DNA of 64,000 nt from contig JANNBJ010000123.1 of NCBI GenBank assembly GCA_031385325.1, positions 6,771 to 70,770 of the forward strand, written 5' to 3'. The notes under the pieces were generated by a model. That model made no database searches. It was not told the DNA's origin and worked only from the letters and a program-made list of their open reading frames with translations. The DNA is from Gammaproteobacteria bacterium (GTDB lineage: Bacteria; Pseudomonadota; Gammaproteobacteria; Pseudomonadales; Azotimanducaceae). Shown in pieces: positions 1 through 9,984 of this stretch. Position 1 is the first letter of the stretch. Every line of letters begins with the position of its first letter. The translations under genes were made by a program, and so were the position numbers.

Positions 1-2274
1 GCCAAAACCAACTGAGTGCGTCCGCTCGGGATGCAAGCCTGGATTGCCGCCGTAGACAACGACAAACTGATTCAGCGACGGATCTGATTGAGAAAGACAA
101 CCCGACAGCCTTCCTACGTTGCCAGCCTCATTGCATGGATCGTTGATCTGTTCGAAAGACGTCGACGGCCCGCCGAACAGCTGATTCAGATCTGGTGCAC
201 GAAAGCCTTCAGCCCAACTGGCTCGCAAGCCGACTCCCATCAAGGGCTCCCATCGAAGCACGACTCTCGGTGCAGTCTCACCGTCGAATTCGTCATAAAC
301 CGAATGTCGAACTGCGAAGTTTGCATCTATCCGACCTAGAAGCGGGTGACCCCTGAGGATAGGTAGTCGAGATTCCAGATAGGCTTCCCACACCGACCGC
401 TGCCCCCTGGTTGCCATCATGTTAGCGGTGCCGACTGCCAAACCTTGCTGGATCAACGAGTCGGGTCGCGTGAAGAGTTCTTCTTCCCGATACTCCGCAC
501 CGGCTGCAAGTTCGATATGCCCTGCGGGCAACGAAAAAAAACTACCTTCCAGATTGAGATTCAAGCTGCGCATCCGGCTGGTACCACGACTGTGTGTCGA
601 CGATCGTATAGTCCCGAGCATCTGCTCATTGAGGCTGCCAACAGGGCCGAACAAGTTGATCGGGACACAAGGACTCAGGCAATTCGAACTTAACGCAGCA
701 CCGATGCGATTGGCGTCAGCGACGCCATTGAGGTCTTCAAAAGCCGATGTGCGTGCGTACAGCCCTGAGACATCCCAGGTGAAATTGCCGAAGTCTCCCT
801 TCATCCCGGCCACGAGACGCCGATTGTGGCTCTCATTGCGCTGCTTGCGTGGACCCAGTTCAACGAGACGACGGCGTAAATCATTGACGACGAGATCGAA
901 GGGGTTAAATGGCTGATCAGCGGCGATGGAAATCGGTATCGGTTCGAACCCGGTAAACAGCGGTGTTGGTGCCAACTGGTTAGTGGCTACGTAGTCGGTC
1001 GCCAGTCCTTCAACAAAAATGTGCACGTCGTCTCGCCACAACCAGCTTGCATCGACAAATGCCGCAGCGCGCCGTGATGGGACAATCAAAGAGGTCAAGT
1101 CTCGGTATTCGAACTTGTCTTCTGCTGTGACAGCACGAAACTGACTGGGCTGGCTGCCATCGTATTGAGCATCGGCCAGGATCATCGGCCCCTCGCCGAA
1201 ATCCACCCACGCAGGAACGGTCGCGCTGGATCGCCTGTCGACCCCGCCACGAGAGCGACCATCTGACGAGCGGGAGAGCTTACGCTCACGGGAGTAGAGG
1301 GAACCCTGGTCGTACCAGGATGCCGTCGCGAAAACTTGCATACGCTCAGTTTGCCGACCGAAACCCAGGCTCGCATGTTCCGTGTCCAGCCCCCCGGCAT
1401 CGGCGCGACCGACGTAGAAATCACCAAAGACGCCGTCCTGGTCTTGTCGGGTTTGGACATTGACAACACCAGCCACCGCGTCAGAGCCATACACTGCCGA
1501 GGCGCCATCTTTGACAATTTCGATACGGTCGATCACTGCCAAGGGTAGCGAGTTAAGGTCTACTGCATGTCCCGCATACGCATCCGGGTTCATCCGGCGG
1601 CCGTTCAGCAATACCAGCGTATTGCTGGCAGGCAAGCCACGAAGCGTGACTGACGCGCTGCCATCGCCGCCATTGGTGACCAGCGTGCTGGTGGAATTGC
1701 CAGTCACGGCGGTTGTGTACCGAAGGATGTGACTGAGGCTTTGATGGCCAGACATTTCAATTTCCGGTCGCGAGATGATCTGGACCGGTATCGGTGTGCG
1801 AACACCAGCTGAAGGGAGCCGTGTGCCGGTGATGCGTCGCTCAATCACCATTACCTCTTCGATCACGGGTGGTTCCACGAGTGCTTTGATTTCCACAGGT
1901 ATCGCGGATTTGACCACCTCGGCCACACGTGGCTGTGCACATCCTTGTTTGATGGCAACAAGCGTGGGTCGGATCCACTCAGAAGTCAGGCACTTGCCTG
2001 TCAACAACAGGTTTAGCGCAGTGGTAGGATCAATCGACCCGGCAACTGCGTCGCTGTTCTGGTCGACAACTGCCTCCTGACCGAACACGATCGATATTCC
2101 GGTCTGGCGACCAAATTCTACCAATGCCTCAGCGAGCGGTCCGGTAGGAATTTCGAGCGTGGTGTACTGATCAGCGACAGAAAAGCGGGTCGAGAGCACC
2201 AACAGCACTGCAAATACGACAGATCCCTGTCTACGAACGGCTGAGTGGATCGACTGATGGATGTCCGCACCCAA
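1..2274 (-). CDS. TonB-dependent receptor/transducer with N-terminal STN signalling domain (FecA-like); the 3' end runs off the window
   Basis: My own translation of the minus strand from a TTG at 2274 stays open to position 1. It is absent from the ORF track because no stop lies in the window. It shows a signal-peptide-like N-terminus (VVFAVLLVLSTRFSVADQ), an STN-like segment (LEIPTGPLAEALVEFGRQTGISIVF) and plug motifs (VTLRGLPASNTLVLLNGRR; DRIEIVKDGASAVYGSDAVAGVVNV). It lies directly downstream of the FecR and ECF sigma genes. Confidence 0.85.
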   Translation of the reverse strand, partial: MGADIHQSIHSAVRRQGSVVFAVLLVLSTRFSVADQYTTLEIPTGPLAEALVEFGRQTGISIVFGQEAVVDQNSDAVAGSIDPTTALNLLLTGKCLTSEWIRPTLVAIKQGCAQPRVAEVVKSAIPVEIKALVEPPVIEEVMVIERRITGTRLPSAGVRTPIPVQIISRPEIEMSGHQSLSHILRYTTAVTGNSTSTLVTNGGDGSASVTLRGLPASNTLVLLNGRRMNPDAYAGHAVDLNSLPLAVIDRIEIVKDGASAVYGSDAVAGVVNVQTRQDQDGVFGDFYVGRADAGGLDTEHASLGFGRQTERMQVFATASWYDQGSLYSRERKLSRSSDGRSRGGVDRRSSATVPAWVDFGEGPMILADAQYDGSQPSQFRAVTAEDKFEYRDLTSLIVPSRRAAAFVDASWLWRDDVHIFVEGLATDYVATNQLAPTPLFTGFEPIPISIAADQPFNPFDLVVNDLRRRLVELGPRKQRNESHNRRLVAGMKGDFGNFTWDVSGLYARTSAFEDLNGVADANRIGAALSSNCLSPCVPINLFGPVGSLNEQMLGTIRSSTHSRGTSRMRSLNLNLEGSFFSLPAGHIELAAGAEYREEELFTRPDSLIQQGLAVGTANMMATRGQRSVWEAYLESRLPILRGHPLLGRIDANFAVRHSVYDEFDGETAPRVVLRWEPLMGVGLRASWAEGFRAPDLNQLFGGPSTSFEQINDPCNEAGNVGRLSGCLSQSDPSLNQFVVVYGGNPGLHPERTHSVGFG

Positions 2275-2369
2275 AGGAAGACAACAACGGCAGTCATGCT
2301 AAACCCGCAAGCAACGGAGGCAAGCGCCGAACTGTCAAATCTATGTTGGAAAGTGGCTGGCGATGCAGG

Positions 2370-3308
2370 TCAGCCTCGCGAAATCAGCACCAGACCTTTT
2401 GAGACTTCGCTCCACTCGAGGTTGAGGCTGCTGGCCAGGGCATCCAGCATCGCTGGTCGATCGCCAACTTCAAGAACCGCGGTGACACGAATGTCGGCCA
2501 GATCGTCGTCGGCAAGACTCACTTTGCCAGGCAGATAACGATCCAGATCAGCCAGGAGTTCACCCAGCGGAACATCCCGATAAACAACCTTGCCATCACG
2601 CCAGGGTGCGCTGTCTGCAGCAACAACGGACAGTAGTCGTTCCTCGAGACCGTCGTATTCCACGCCTTCCGCGGCTCGCAATTCGCGCGGCGCGTCGAGC
2701 CCATCGTGGGCTACCTGAACGATTCCTTCGAGCACTTCAACACGAAGTACCCCTTCGATGTTTCGTACGTTGAAAGATGTCCCGACTACCCGGATCGTGG
2801 CCTGGCCGGTATCGATTTCAAAGGGCCTGTTCGCGTCCGGTGACACCGAGAAGAAGGTTTCTCCGTCCAGTAAATCCACGTGCCTCAGATGCTCCCGGAG
2901 TTCGACCTGAACCGCCGTTTGCGTGTTCAGCTGCAGGTGCGAGCCATCTTCCAGAACTACCGATAGTTGCTCACCCGTCGCGGTCTGATAGCGCTCCGTG
3001 CCTGGAGTCAGCGACCAGATCGAGATCGCAAACAGCAGAGTCGCTGCCGCGGCAAACCAACGCCAATGACTACCTGTCTGGGTCGATGTCGATCTGCTCT
3101 GAATTTCTCCCGTCAGATCCCACACCTCCAGCAACTCGTCGAAGATCTGCTTGTGAGCAGGCGCTGCAGCAAGCCAGACCGCAAATTCAGCGTGTTCCTC
3201 GGCAGAAATTTTCGGACGGCGCAATTTTGCCAGCCATTCGATGGCCTGAGTTTCGATCCGATCGGCTTCCCTTGAGGCTGGTATACCTTGTTCTGGCTCA
3301 GTGGACAT
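2370..3308 (-). CDS. FecR-family anti-sigma factor / transmembrane sensor
   Basis: 312-aa ORF. The N-terminal cytoplasmic segment (AIEWLAKLRRPKISAEEHAEFAVWLAAAPAHKQIF) is typical of FecR. It has one central TM segment (WFAAAATLLFAISIW) and a periplasmic FecR-like domain. It sits between the ECF sigma and the STN-type TonB receptor. Confidence 0.85.
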   Translation of the reverse strand: MSTEPEQGIPASREADRIETQAIEWLAKLRRPKISAEEHAEFAVWLAAAPAHKQIFDELLEVWDLTGEIQSRSTSTQTGSHWRWFAAAATLLFAISIWSLTPGTERYQTATGEQLSVVLEDGSHLQLNTQTAVQVELREHLRHVDLLDGETFFSVSPDANRPFEIDTGQATIRVVGTSFNVRNIEGVLRVEVLEGIVQVAHDGLDAPRELRAAEGVEYDGLEERLLSVVAADSAPWRDGKVVYRDVPLGELLADLDRYLPGKVSLADDDLADIRVTAVLEVGDRPAMLDALASSLNLEWSEVSKGLVLISRG

Positions 3309-3461
3309 GCATAAACCGTAAAGTTGTCTTCCGATGACCTACCAATTCAGACGAGCCGCAGAGTCGATACCTCAACGACCGCACCAAATAAATGCCTGTG
3401 ACACGTTTTGGATCACAGTTTCGGGCGTTTTTGCCTCGCAACCCACCTTGCTTGAAAACAG

Positions 3462-3962
3462 TCACTGGGTACTCCGAGTAGCTTCAGCGGCTTTCAGGCA
3501 AGCACGCAATGCCTTCAGTGCCTGGATGATGTGCTTCTCTACCATGCTTTCGGACACTCCCAGAGTGACCGCGATTTCGGCATACGACAGACCGTCAAAA
3601 CGGTGCAGGGTAAACGCTCGACGGCACTTGTCGGGAAGTTCGTTCAGCGCCTGTTCAATCAGTGCGAGTGATTGTCGATGGCTGACGGTTTCTTCGACAG
3701 ACGGAGCGAGTGATTCCGCTTCAATCTCTTCAGCGCCTGAGCGACGAGCCAACTGAGTGCGTCGAAGGCGATCGATACCGAGGTTCGTTGCAACTTGAAA
3801 CAGGAAAGCGCGCGGATTTTCAAGGGCGGATGGTTCCCTCAACCTTGAGATACGAAGCCAGGCATCCTGAGCGATGTCACGCGCTGCATCGGGATCGCCG
3901 AACTTGTTTGTCAGGTAACGCACCAGCCCGCCCGCGTGTCGGGCGTACAGTTCAACAACCAA
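3462..3962 (-). CDS. ECF (sigma-70 family, FecI-like) RNA polymerase sigma factor
   Basis: 166-aa ORF with a region 2-like segment (DIAQDAWLRISRL) and a region 4 HTH (LSYAEIAVTLGVSESMVEKHI). The start is a TTG at 3962 and is uncertain. Confidence 0.85.
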   Translation of the reverse strand: MVVELYARHAGGLVRYLTNKFGDPDAARDIAQDAWLRISRLREPSALENPRAFLFQVATNLGIDRLRRTQLARRSGAEEIEAESLAPSVEETVSHRQSLALIEQALNELPDKCRRAFTLHRFDGLSYAEIAVTLGVSESMVEKHIIQALKALRACLKAAEATRSTQ

Positions 3963-4076
3963 TGGTGCGGCAGGGGTCTTGGACAGAATGGCATTCCGTC
4001 GTTCATTGGGGCTGCGAGTCTAACACCTGTCACATTCCTGCGGCACAATGCCCGGTCTAGTGTGCATCGGCCTGAT

Positions 4077-5630
4077 ATGATTCAACTTTCTCCGCCCATT
4101 AATGCGAAGCCTGAAATGCATGGTGTGATCAACGACAATGGACAGCGTGAATCAGAGCACGCGACACGATTGCCGTTTGCCTATGCAAAGCGCCATGGTG
4201 TGGTGCTGACGGATACACCCCTGCCATCGCACCAGGTTGAAGTCGCGTGCAGAGCAAAACCCAGTCTCGCAGTGCTGTCGGAAATCAAAAGAGTCGCCCG
4301 TCGAGAGCTGCTGCTCAAATCCGTCACCGAAGCCGAATTTGATCGTCTGCTCAACGATGCGTACGCCAGAGACACGTCCGCCGCCAAACAAATGGTCGAG
4401 GACATGGACGATGAGATCAATCTGCTGAGCCTGGCTGAAGCGTTGCCGCAGCCAGATGATCTGCTCGACCAGGCAGATGATGCGCCAATCATCCGTCTCA
4501 TCAACGCCCTCCTGGCGGAAGCCATACGTGAGGCGGCCTCCGATATTCACATCGAAACGTTTGAACGAGCCCTTGTTGTCCGCTTTCGGGTGGATGGTGT
4601 AATGCGGGAAGTGGTGCAACCCCGACGAGAGCTGGCACCGCTTCTCGTCTCGCGCATCAAGGTAATGGCCCGACTCGACATTGCAGAAAAGCGTGTCCCG
4701 CAGGATGGTCGAATCAGCGTTCGCATCGGCGGCAGGGAAGTCGACGTCAGGGTATCGACCATGCCAGCCAGCAATGGCGAGCGCGTCGTCATGCGCTTAC
4801 TCGATAAACAGGCCGGCCGACTTCGTCTGGACAATCTCGGGATGTCACCGGACCGGCTTGACACACTTCGCCGGCTGGTCAATTTGCCGCACGGTATATT
4901 TCTGGTCACCGGCCCGACCGGATCCGGCAAGACCACCACCCTGTACGCCTCGCTCGCCGAACTCGACTCCAGCGCGATCAATGTTCTGACGGTAGAAGAC
5001 CCGATCGAATACAACTTGCCCGGCATTGGGCAGACGCAGGTCAACACCAAGGCGGACATGACGTTTGCTCGCGGATTGCGCGCCATCCTTCGTCAGGATC
5101 CTGACGTTGTCATGGTCGGCGAGATACGCGATCTGGAAACCGCTGAAGTTGCGATTCAGGCGAGTCTGACCGGACACCTTGTGCTTTCAACCCTGCACAC
5201 CAACACCGCCGTAGGCGCCATTTCCCGACTGGTCGATATGGGCGTTGAGCCATTCCTGTTGTCGTCCAGCCTGGTTGGTGTGCTGGCGCAGCGCTTGGTG
5301 CGCGTGCTGTGTCCGGATTGCCGAAAGTCGAGATTCGCCACACCATCCGAGCTGCGTCTCATGAGCGTCTCGCGGGCGCAGGTTTACGATCCGGTGGGTT
5401 GTGACAGCTGTGGCCACACCGGTTTCAAGGGACGCACGGGAATTTACGAGCTCATTCCCATCGATGACCGGTTCCGTCAACTGGTGCATGACCGAAGTTC
5501 AGAGATGTCGCTCCGGGACTATGTTCGGCAAAAATCGCCGGACATCAAAGCGGATGGATTCGACAAAGTCATGGCAGGTGTGACAACCGTCCAGGAAGTG
5601 CTGCGTGTGTCCCTCGAAGGAGTGGCATAG
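4077..5630 (+). CDS. gspE: Type II secretion ATPase GspE
   Basis: Walker A GPTGSGKTTT, LPFAYAKRHGVVL N-terminal motif and a tetracysteine CPDC...CDSC motif. The track start 3936 overlaps the divergent sigma gene, so I trimmed to the ATG at 4077. An ATG at 4116 is also possible. Confidence 0.95.
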   Translation: MIQLSPPINAKPEMHGVINDNGQRESEHATRLPFAYAKRHGVVLTDTPLPSHQVEVACRAKPSLAVLSEIKRVARRELLLKSVTEAEFDRLLNDAYARDTSAAKQMVEDMDDEINLLSLAEALPQPDDLLDQADDAPIIRLINALLAEAIREAASDIHIETFERALVVRFRVDGVMREVVQPRRELAPLLVSRIKVMARLDIAEKRVPQDGRISVRIGGREVDVRVSTMPASNGERVVMRLLDKQAGRLRLDNLGMSPDRLDTLRRLVNLPHGIFLVTGPTGSGKTTTLYASLAELDSSAINVLTVEDPIEYNLPGIGQTQVNTKADMTFARGLRAILRQDPDVVMVGEIRDLETAEVAIQASLTGHLVLSTLHTNTAVGAISRLVDMGVEPFLLSSSLVGVLAQRLVRVLCPDCRKSRFATPSELRLMSVSRAQVYDPVGCDSCGHTGFKGRTGIYELIPIDDRFRQLVHDRSSEMSLRDYVRQKSPDIKADGFDKVMAGVTTVQEVLRVSLEGVA

Positions 5631-5642
5631 TTGTGAGGGTCG

Positions 5643-6854
5643 ATGGCGGCGTTTGAATATCTCGCACTCGATTCCCTGAGCAAGGAGCGCAAAGGGGTTC
5701 TCGAAGGAGACAGTCAGCGACACGTTCGGCAGCTATTACGTGATCAAGGGCTGGCACCACTGGAAATCAAACCAGCGGTCGGTAATACGCCCACGAAAGT
5801 TGCCGGCTGGTCGCTCCGGCGTTCGCTCAATCGTCTCGATCGGGTACTCATCACTCGTCAACTCGCAACCTTGTCGAGAGCAGGCTTACCCATCGAAGAA
5901 TCCCTGCAGGCCATTGCCCAACAAGCTGAAAAACAGTCCGTGAATGCACTTGTCATGGGAATCCGCAGCAAAGTACTGGAAGGGCATTCGCTGGCTGCAA
6001 GCCTTGCCGAATTTCCATCGAGCTTTACCACGCTCTATCGTTCAACCGTCGCTTCAGGCGAACAGTCAGGGCATCTGGACAAGGTACTGGAAAACCTGGC
6101 CGACTATCTGGAGCGTCAATATGAATCCAGCCGAAATGTAGAAATGGCTCTGATTTATCCGGTTGTGCTCTTGGTACTTGCGGTATTGATCGTTGGCGCA
6201 TTGATGGTGTACGTCGTACCAGACATGGTTTCCGTGATTGAGAACTCCGGTCAGGCGTTACCGACCGTCACTGCCGTGTTGATTGCCATGTCCGATTTTC
6301 TGGCCAGTTGGTGGTGGGCTGTCGCTCTTGTTGTTGCCGGTGGGGTCAGCCTGATGCGCTGGCTGTTGCAACAACCTGACTTTCGTCTTCAATGGGACCG
6401 ACGATTACTCGAGTTGCCTCTGCTCAAACGCATTTCTCGAAGCACCAACGCGGCGCGTTATGCCAATACGCTGGCGATTCTCGGTGGTAGCGGCGTTCCT
6501 CTTGTGGATGGAATGACAATCGCCAAGGACATCGTGAGTAATACCTGGTTGCGACAGAAATTGTCCGAAGCAACCCAACGTGTCAGTGAAGGGGCCAGTC
6601 TGCGCACTGCACTGGAAGGTGTTGGGTATTTTCCGCCGATGCTTCTGCACATGGTTGCCAGCGGCGAAGCGAGCGGAGAGCTCGATACCATGCTCGAACG
6701 TGTTGCCGCACATCAGCAGAACGAAGTGGAGCGGGTGGTAACGACGATTGTGAGTCTCTTCCAACCCGCCATGCTGGTCGTCATGGGCGGCGTAGTGCTG
6801 TTCATCGTGATGGCCGTACTGCTACCTATTCTGAATATGAATTCGGCGATCTGA
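5643..6854 (+). CDS. gspF: Type II secretion inner-membrane platform protein GspF
   Basis: 403 aa. The N-terminus MAAFEYLALD...GVLEGDS and the duplicated GspF/PilC-type domains with three TM segments fit GspF. It lies directly after gspE. Confidence 0.95.
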   Translation: MAAFEYLALDSLSKERKGVLEGDSQRHVRQLLRDQGLAPLEIKPAVGNTPTKVAGWSLRRSLNRLDRVLITRQLATLSRAGLPIEESLQAIAQQAEKQSVNALVMGIRSKVLEGHSLAASLAEFPSSFTTLYRSTVASGEQSGHLDKVLENLADYLERQYESSRNVEMALIYPVVLLVLAVLIVGALMVYVVPDMVSVIENSGQALPTVTAVLIAMSDFLASWWWAVALVVAGGVSLMRWLLQQPDFRLQWDRRLLELPLLKRISRSTNAARYANTLAILGGSGVPLVDGMTIAKDIVSNTWLRQKLSEATQRVSEGASLRTALEGVGYFPPMLLHMVASGEASGELDTMLERVAAHQQNEVERVVTTIVSLFQPAMLVVMGGVVLFIVMAVLLPILNMNSAI

Positions 6855-6864
6855 AGGAAAACAC

Positions 6865-7308
6865 ATGCAAGCTCAAACATTTTCAAACCATGCGGCCCGA
6901 AGTGCAGGTTTCACGCTAATTGAAATCATGATTGTGGTTGTGATCATCGGGATTCTTGGCGCCATTATTGTCCCCACCTTCATGTCACGACCGGATCAGG
7001 CACGGGTAACCGCAGCGCAGACCGATTTACGCAGCATTGGCGCCGCGCTCGATCTGTATCGTCTCGATAACTTTCAGTATCCGTCCAGCGAACAAGGCCT
7101 TGATGCGCTGGTGACACGTCCGAGCGGCTTCCCCGAGCCGAAAAACTACAATCCCGACGCCTACATCAAGGCGCTGCCAACTGACCCATGGGGTTCGCCC
7201 TATGTCTATGAGCGAAGTGGGGCCTCGTTTGACCTGTATAGCCTGGGTGCCGACGGCAACGAGGGGGGAGAGGAGTTCGATGCCGACATCAGATTTTCAG
7301 ATCTTTGA
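6865..7308 (+). CDS. gspG: Major pseudopilin GspG
   Basis: Prepilin leader and N-methylation site GFTLIEIMIVVVIIGILGAIIVP. Conserved GspG core (DLRSIGAALDLYRLDN, DPWGSPYVY, LGADG). Confidence 0.95.
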   Translation: MQAQTFSNHAARSAGFTLIEIMIVVVIIGILGAIIVPTFMSRPDQARVTAAQTDLRSIGAALDLYRLDNFQYPSSEQGLDALVTRPSGFPEPKNYNPDAYIKALPTDPWGSPYVYERSGASFDLYSLGADGNEGGEEFDADIRFSDL

Positions 7309-7317
7309 CCTGGTCGG

Positions 7318-7911
7318 ATGAACCATCAAAGAGGGTTCACGTTGATCGAGATGCTGGTGGTCGTCGCGATCATCGGCATTCTCGCAGGGGTGGTACAAAT
7401 TGCTTTTTCGGGCGGTAGTAACCGCCAGGCATTAACCAGCAGCTCTGAGGCGGCAGCGCTTCGCATAGAACTCGCGCGCGCGCAGGCACTACAACGTAAT
7501 CGGGAATGGGGCGTCCTTGTTCGGCCGGACGGTTACCGGTTTTTTGAGTTCGACCCGCAACTCGAAACATGGCAAGTCCCGAGTGGTTCAGTTTTCGAAC
7601 CGGTCACCGTACCCGCTGGAGTGACCCTGGAACTGGAAAGTGACGGGTTCGATCACAATGCGTTAAAGGCTCAGTTATCTGCAGCAGATCCCGATGACGA
7701 ATCAGCGGACAGCGAGAACGCTCGAGACGAACGACCGGATCCAAAGAAGAAACAGGATAGTGAGGTGATTCCCAACATCCTTCTCCTGTCCAGTGGAGAG
7801 GTGACGCCATTTTTGCTCCGGTTTGTGCCTGCCGGAGAGGGAACACCCTGGATCGTCAGCAGTGATGGTTTGCAACGCGCGCTCGCCCGGCTCGAAGAAG
7901 CGGACGAATGA
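7318..7911 (+). CDS. gspH: Minor pseudopilin GspH
   Basis: RGFTLIEMLVVVAIIGILAG prepilin-type N-terminus and a position after gspG. It carries an acidic, low-complexity insertion (DPDDESADSENARDERPDPKKKQD). Confidence 0.85.
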   Translation: MNHQRGFTLIEMLVVVAIIGILAGVVQIAFSGGSNRQALTSSSEAAALRIELARAQALQRNREWGVLVRPDGYRFFEFDPQLETWQVPSGSVFEPVTVPAGVTLELESDGFDHNALKAQLSAADPDDESADSENARDERPDPKKKQDSEVIPNILLLSSGEVTPFLLRFVPAGEGTPWIVSSDGLQRALARLEEADE

Positions 7912-8288
7912 GATCCGGTTTTACCTTGATCGAAATGCTGGTGGCGCTGGTGATCCTTGCGACCGCCGGTATTATTGTCTCCACTACCGTCAGCAACATC
8001 GCTTCCCAGACACACAGCATCGAGCGACGACAAATCGCACACTGGATTGGTGAAGATCACCTCACGCGCATGCGTTTGGCCCAACGACTTCGTTCAGAGG
8101 CGCTGGCGAACGGGCGTGAAGTGACCCGGATTGACTCCGGAGGGCGCCGTTGGGAACTACGACGTGAGGTGAAAGCCACCGATCACCCATTTGTCCAGCG
8201 AGTGGAAGTAGACGTATTCGAACTGGATTCAAATGGCAAGGCAATCGGGCCACTTGATCACCAGGCTGCGTTCCTGGGTCGATTCTGA
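7908..8288 (+). CDS. gspI: Minor pseudopilin GspI
   Basis: MRSGFTLIEMLVALVILATAG prepilin-type N-terminus, about 126 aa. Its start overlaps the gspH stop by 4 nt. Confidence 0.85.
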   Translation: MRSGFTLIEMLVALVILATAGIIVSTTVSNIASQTHSIERRQIAHWIGEDHLTRMRLAQRLRSEALANGREVTRIDSGGRRWELRREVKATDHPFVQRVEVDVFELDSNGKAIGPLDHQAAFLGRF

Positions 8289-8290
8289 TC

Positions 8291-8911
8291 TTGCGTAGTG
8301 TCATCAACCATCAGGCACGCGGCTTTACCCTGATCGAAATTCTGGTCGCCCTGTTCATATTTGCAATCGTCGGACTTATGGGTACGCAATTGATCAGTCG
8401 CGTATCCAATCAACAAACCATTCTTTCTGAACGGGGCGCGCGTTTGATTGAACTGCAGCGCGCAATGACGATGCTCAAGCGTGACATCATGCAGATCGAG
8501 CATCGCAGCATTCGTGACGGCCACGGCGATCAACAGCCAGCCGTGCAGCTTGATGACGATGATCTCTTCGAATTCACACGCACCGGCTGGCGCAATCCAC
8601 TCGGCCAATCACGTTCGGACCAGCAACGCGTGGCTTATCACCTGGATGAAGAAAAACATGAACTCCAGCGCCTTTATTGGTCGGTACTGGATCGGGCGCA
8701 GGATTCCGAGCCACTGGTTCAGGTCCTGCTGAGTGGCGTCAAGAAACTCGAAATCACGATCTTGGATCAGACCGGGAACGAGCACTCGTTCTGGCCTCAG
8801 GTCAGTGCTGGCGGTCCTGCAAACGGAGCTGCATTGGCTGCCGTGATCATGAAAATCGAGGCGCCTCCGTTCGGTGCGCTGGAGAGAATCTGGGAGGTGC
8901 CAGGTGGTTGA
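8291..8911 (+). CDS. gspJ: Minor pseudopilin GspJ
   Basis: ARGFTLIEILVALFIFAIVG prepilin-type N-terminus, about 206 aa, with a TTG start. Gene order I-J-K is conserved. Confidence 0.85.
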   Translation: MRSVINHQARGFTLIEILVALFIFAIVGLMGTQLISRVSNQQTILSERGARLIELQRAMTMLKRDIMQIEHRSIRDGHGDQQPAVQLDDDDLFEFTRTGWRNPLGQSRSDQQRVAYHLDEEKHELQRLYWSVLDRAQDSEPLVQVLLSGVKKLEITILDQTGNEHSFWPQVSAGGPANGAALAAVIMKIEAPPFGALERIWEVPGG

Positions 8912-9935
8912 GCAAGTCAGCCCACACGCTTCCCGACGGGTCGCGTTTCTGCCCTCTAAAGTCCGTGGCGTCGCACTCATTACCGTGCTTTTGTTCTTCG
9001 CGTTCCTCGCCGCCATTGCGGTACGGCTCAGTGTGAACCACTCGCTTCTCATCGCTCAAAGTCACAACGCATTCGCATCTGATCTCGGTCTGAGTTATGC
9101 ACTGGGCGGGGAAGATATGGCGCGCCAGGTGTTGTATGAAGACTTCACACAGTCCGGCAAGGACAGCGATCATCTGCAAGAAATCTGGGCGAGGCCACTA
9201 CCGCCGTTATCACTCGATGAAGGCGGGCAGATCGAAGTACAGATCCGTGATCTCAACGGCTGCTTCAATCTCAATGCGCTGGGCAGTGAAACTCCCGCTC
9301 CAATCAAGGGCTTTATGGTCAATCTGGTCACGGGCCTCGGTTTTGGACCGGAAATTGCTGACCGCATCAGTGACTGGATCGATGCCGATGATGTTGCGGT
9401 CGGATTTGGAGCTGAAGACAGTGAGTACCTTCTCGCTGATCCGGCCTACAGGACACCCAATACAGCCATGGGCGATGTATCAGAATTGCGTTTGCTGCAC
9501 GGGCAGGATGAGGATCCGACCCGTGTGCTGTCACGTTACACCTGCGTCTTGCCGGTCGCCTCAATGAGCCTGAATATCAACACGGTGGATGGCGATGTGC
9601 TGGCGTCGCTGATCGCCCAACCGGACCTGTCACGCTATCGGGCATTTGCCCTTGGAGCCAGGAATTTCAGGACCGTTGCAGATTTTTTGCAGACCAACCC
9701 CGAATTCGCTCCATTTGCGACGTATCTTACCGTCGTCAGTGAGTATTTTCGGATTGACTCCCAGGTGCAGATCGATGAGACGCTGACCATAATGTCGTCC
9801 GTCGCACGCCGCGACCCAACCACTGGCAAGGTTTCAATCCTCTCGCGGGATTTCGGCAGGGATTTCCGCACCAGAGTTCAGATCAAGGTCGAGGAAGATG
9901 ACGGCGCGCAAACGACGAGACCACAAGGCACATGA
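8904..9935 (+). CDS. gspK: Minor pseudopilin GspK
   Basis: The N-terminus RGVALITVLLFFAFLAAIAV is typical of GspK, which lacks the Glu+5. I prefer the GTG at 8904, which overlaps the gspJ stop, over the track start 8874. Confidence 0.85.
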   Translation: MVEQVSPHASRRVAFLPSKVRGVALITVLLFFAFLAAIAVRLSVNHSLLIAQSHNAFASDLGLSYALGGEDMARQVLYEDFTQSGKDSDHLQEIWARPLPPLSLDEGGQIEVQIRDLNGCFNLNALGSETPAPIKGFMVNLVTGLGFGPEIADRISDWIDADDVAVGFGAEDSEYLLADPAYRTPNTAMGDVSELRLLHGQDEDPTRVLSRYTCVLPVASMSLNINTVDGDVLASLIAQPDLSRYRAFALGARNFRTVADFLQTNPEFAPFATYLTVVSEYFRIDSQVQIDETLTIMSSVARRDPTTGKVSILSRDFGRDFRTRVQIKVEEDDGAQTTRPQGT

Positions 9936-9984
9936 ACACCTGCAGTGCAAAATGGGCTGACTACCACGTGAAACGGAACTGAAG

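Noticed and set aside
3986-3996. GAATG-G-CATTC palindrome between the ECF sigma gene and gspE as a Fur box
   Set aside because: It matches the 19-bp Fur consensus (GATAATGATAATCATTATC) at only a few positions when aligned by eye. The evidence is too weak without a matrix search.
3936-4076. N-terminal extensions of gspE (3936), the MFS transporter (41643), PPTase copy 2 (62681), wecB (40517), asnB (30168) and the thiolase (47166)
   Set aside because: The extensions overlap divergent neighbours or non-coding palindromes. They displace obligatory N-terminal features such as Cys2 of the Ntn amidotransferase. They read as low-complexity sequence, so I chose internal starts.
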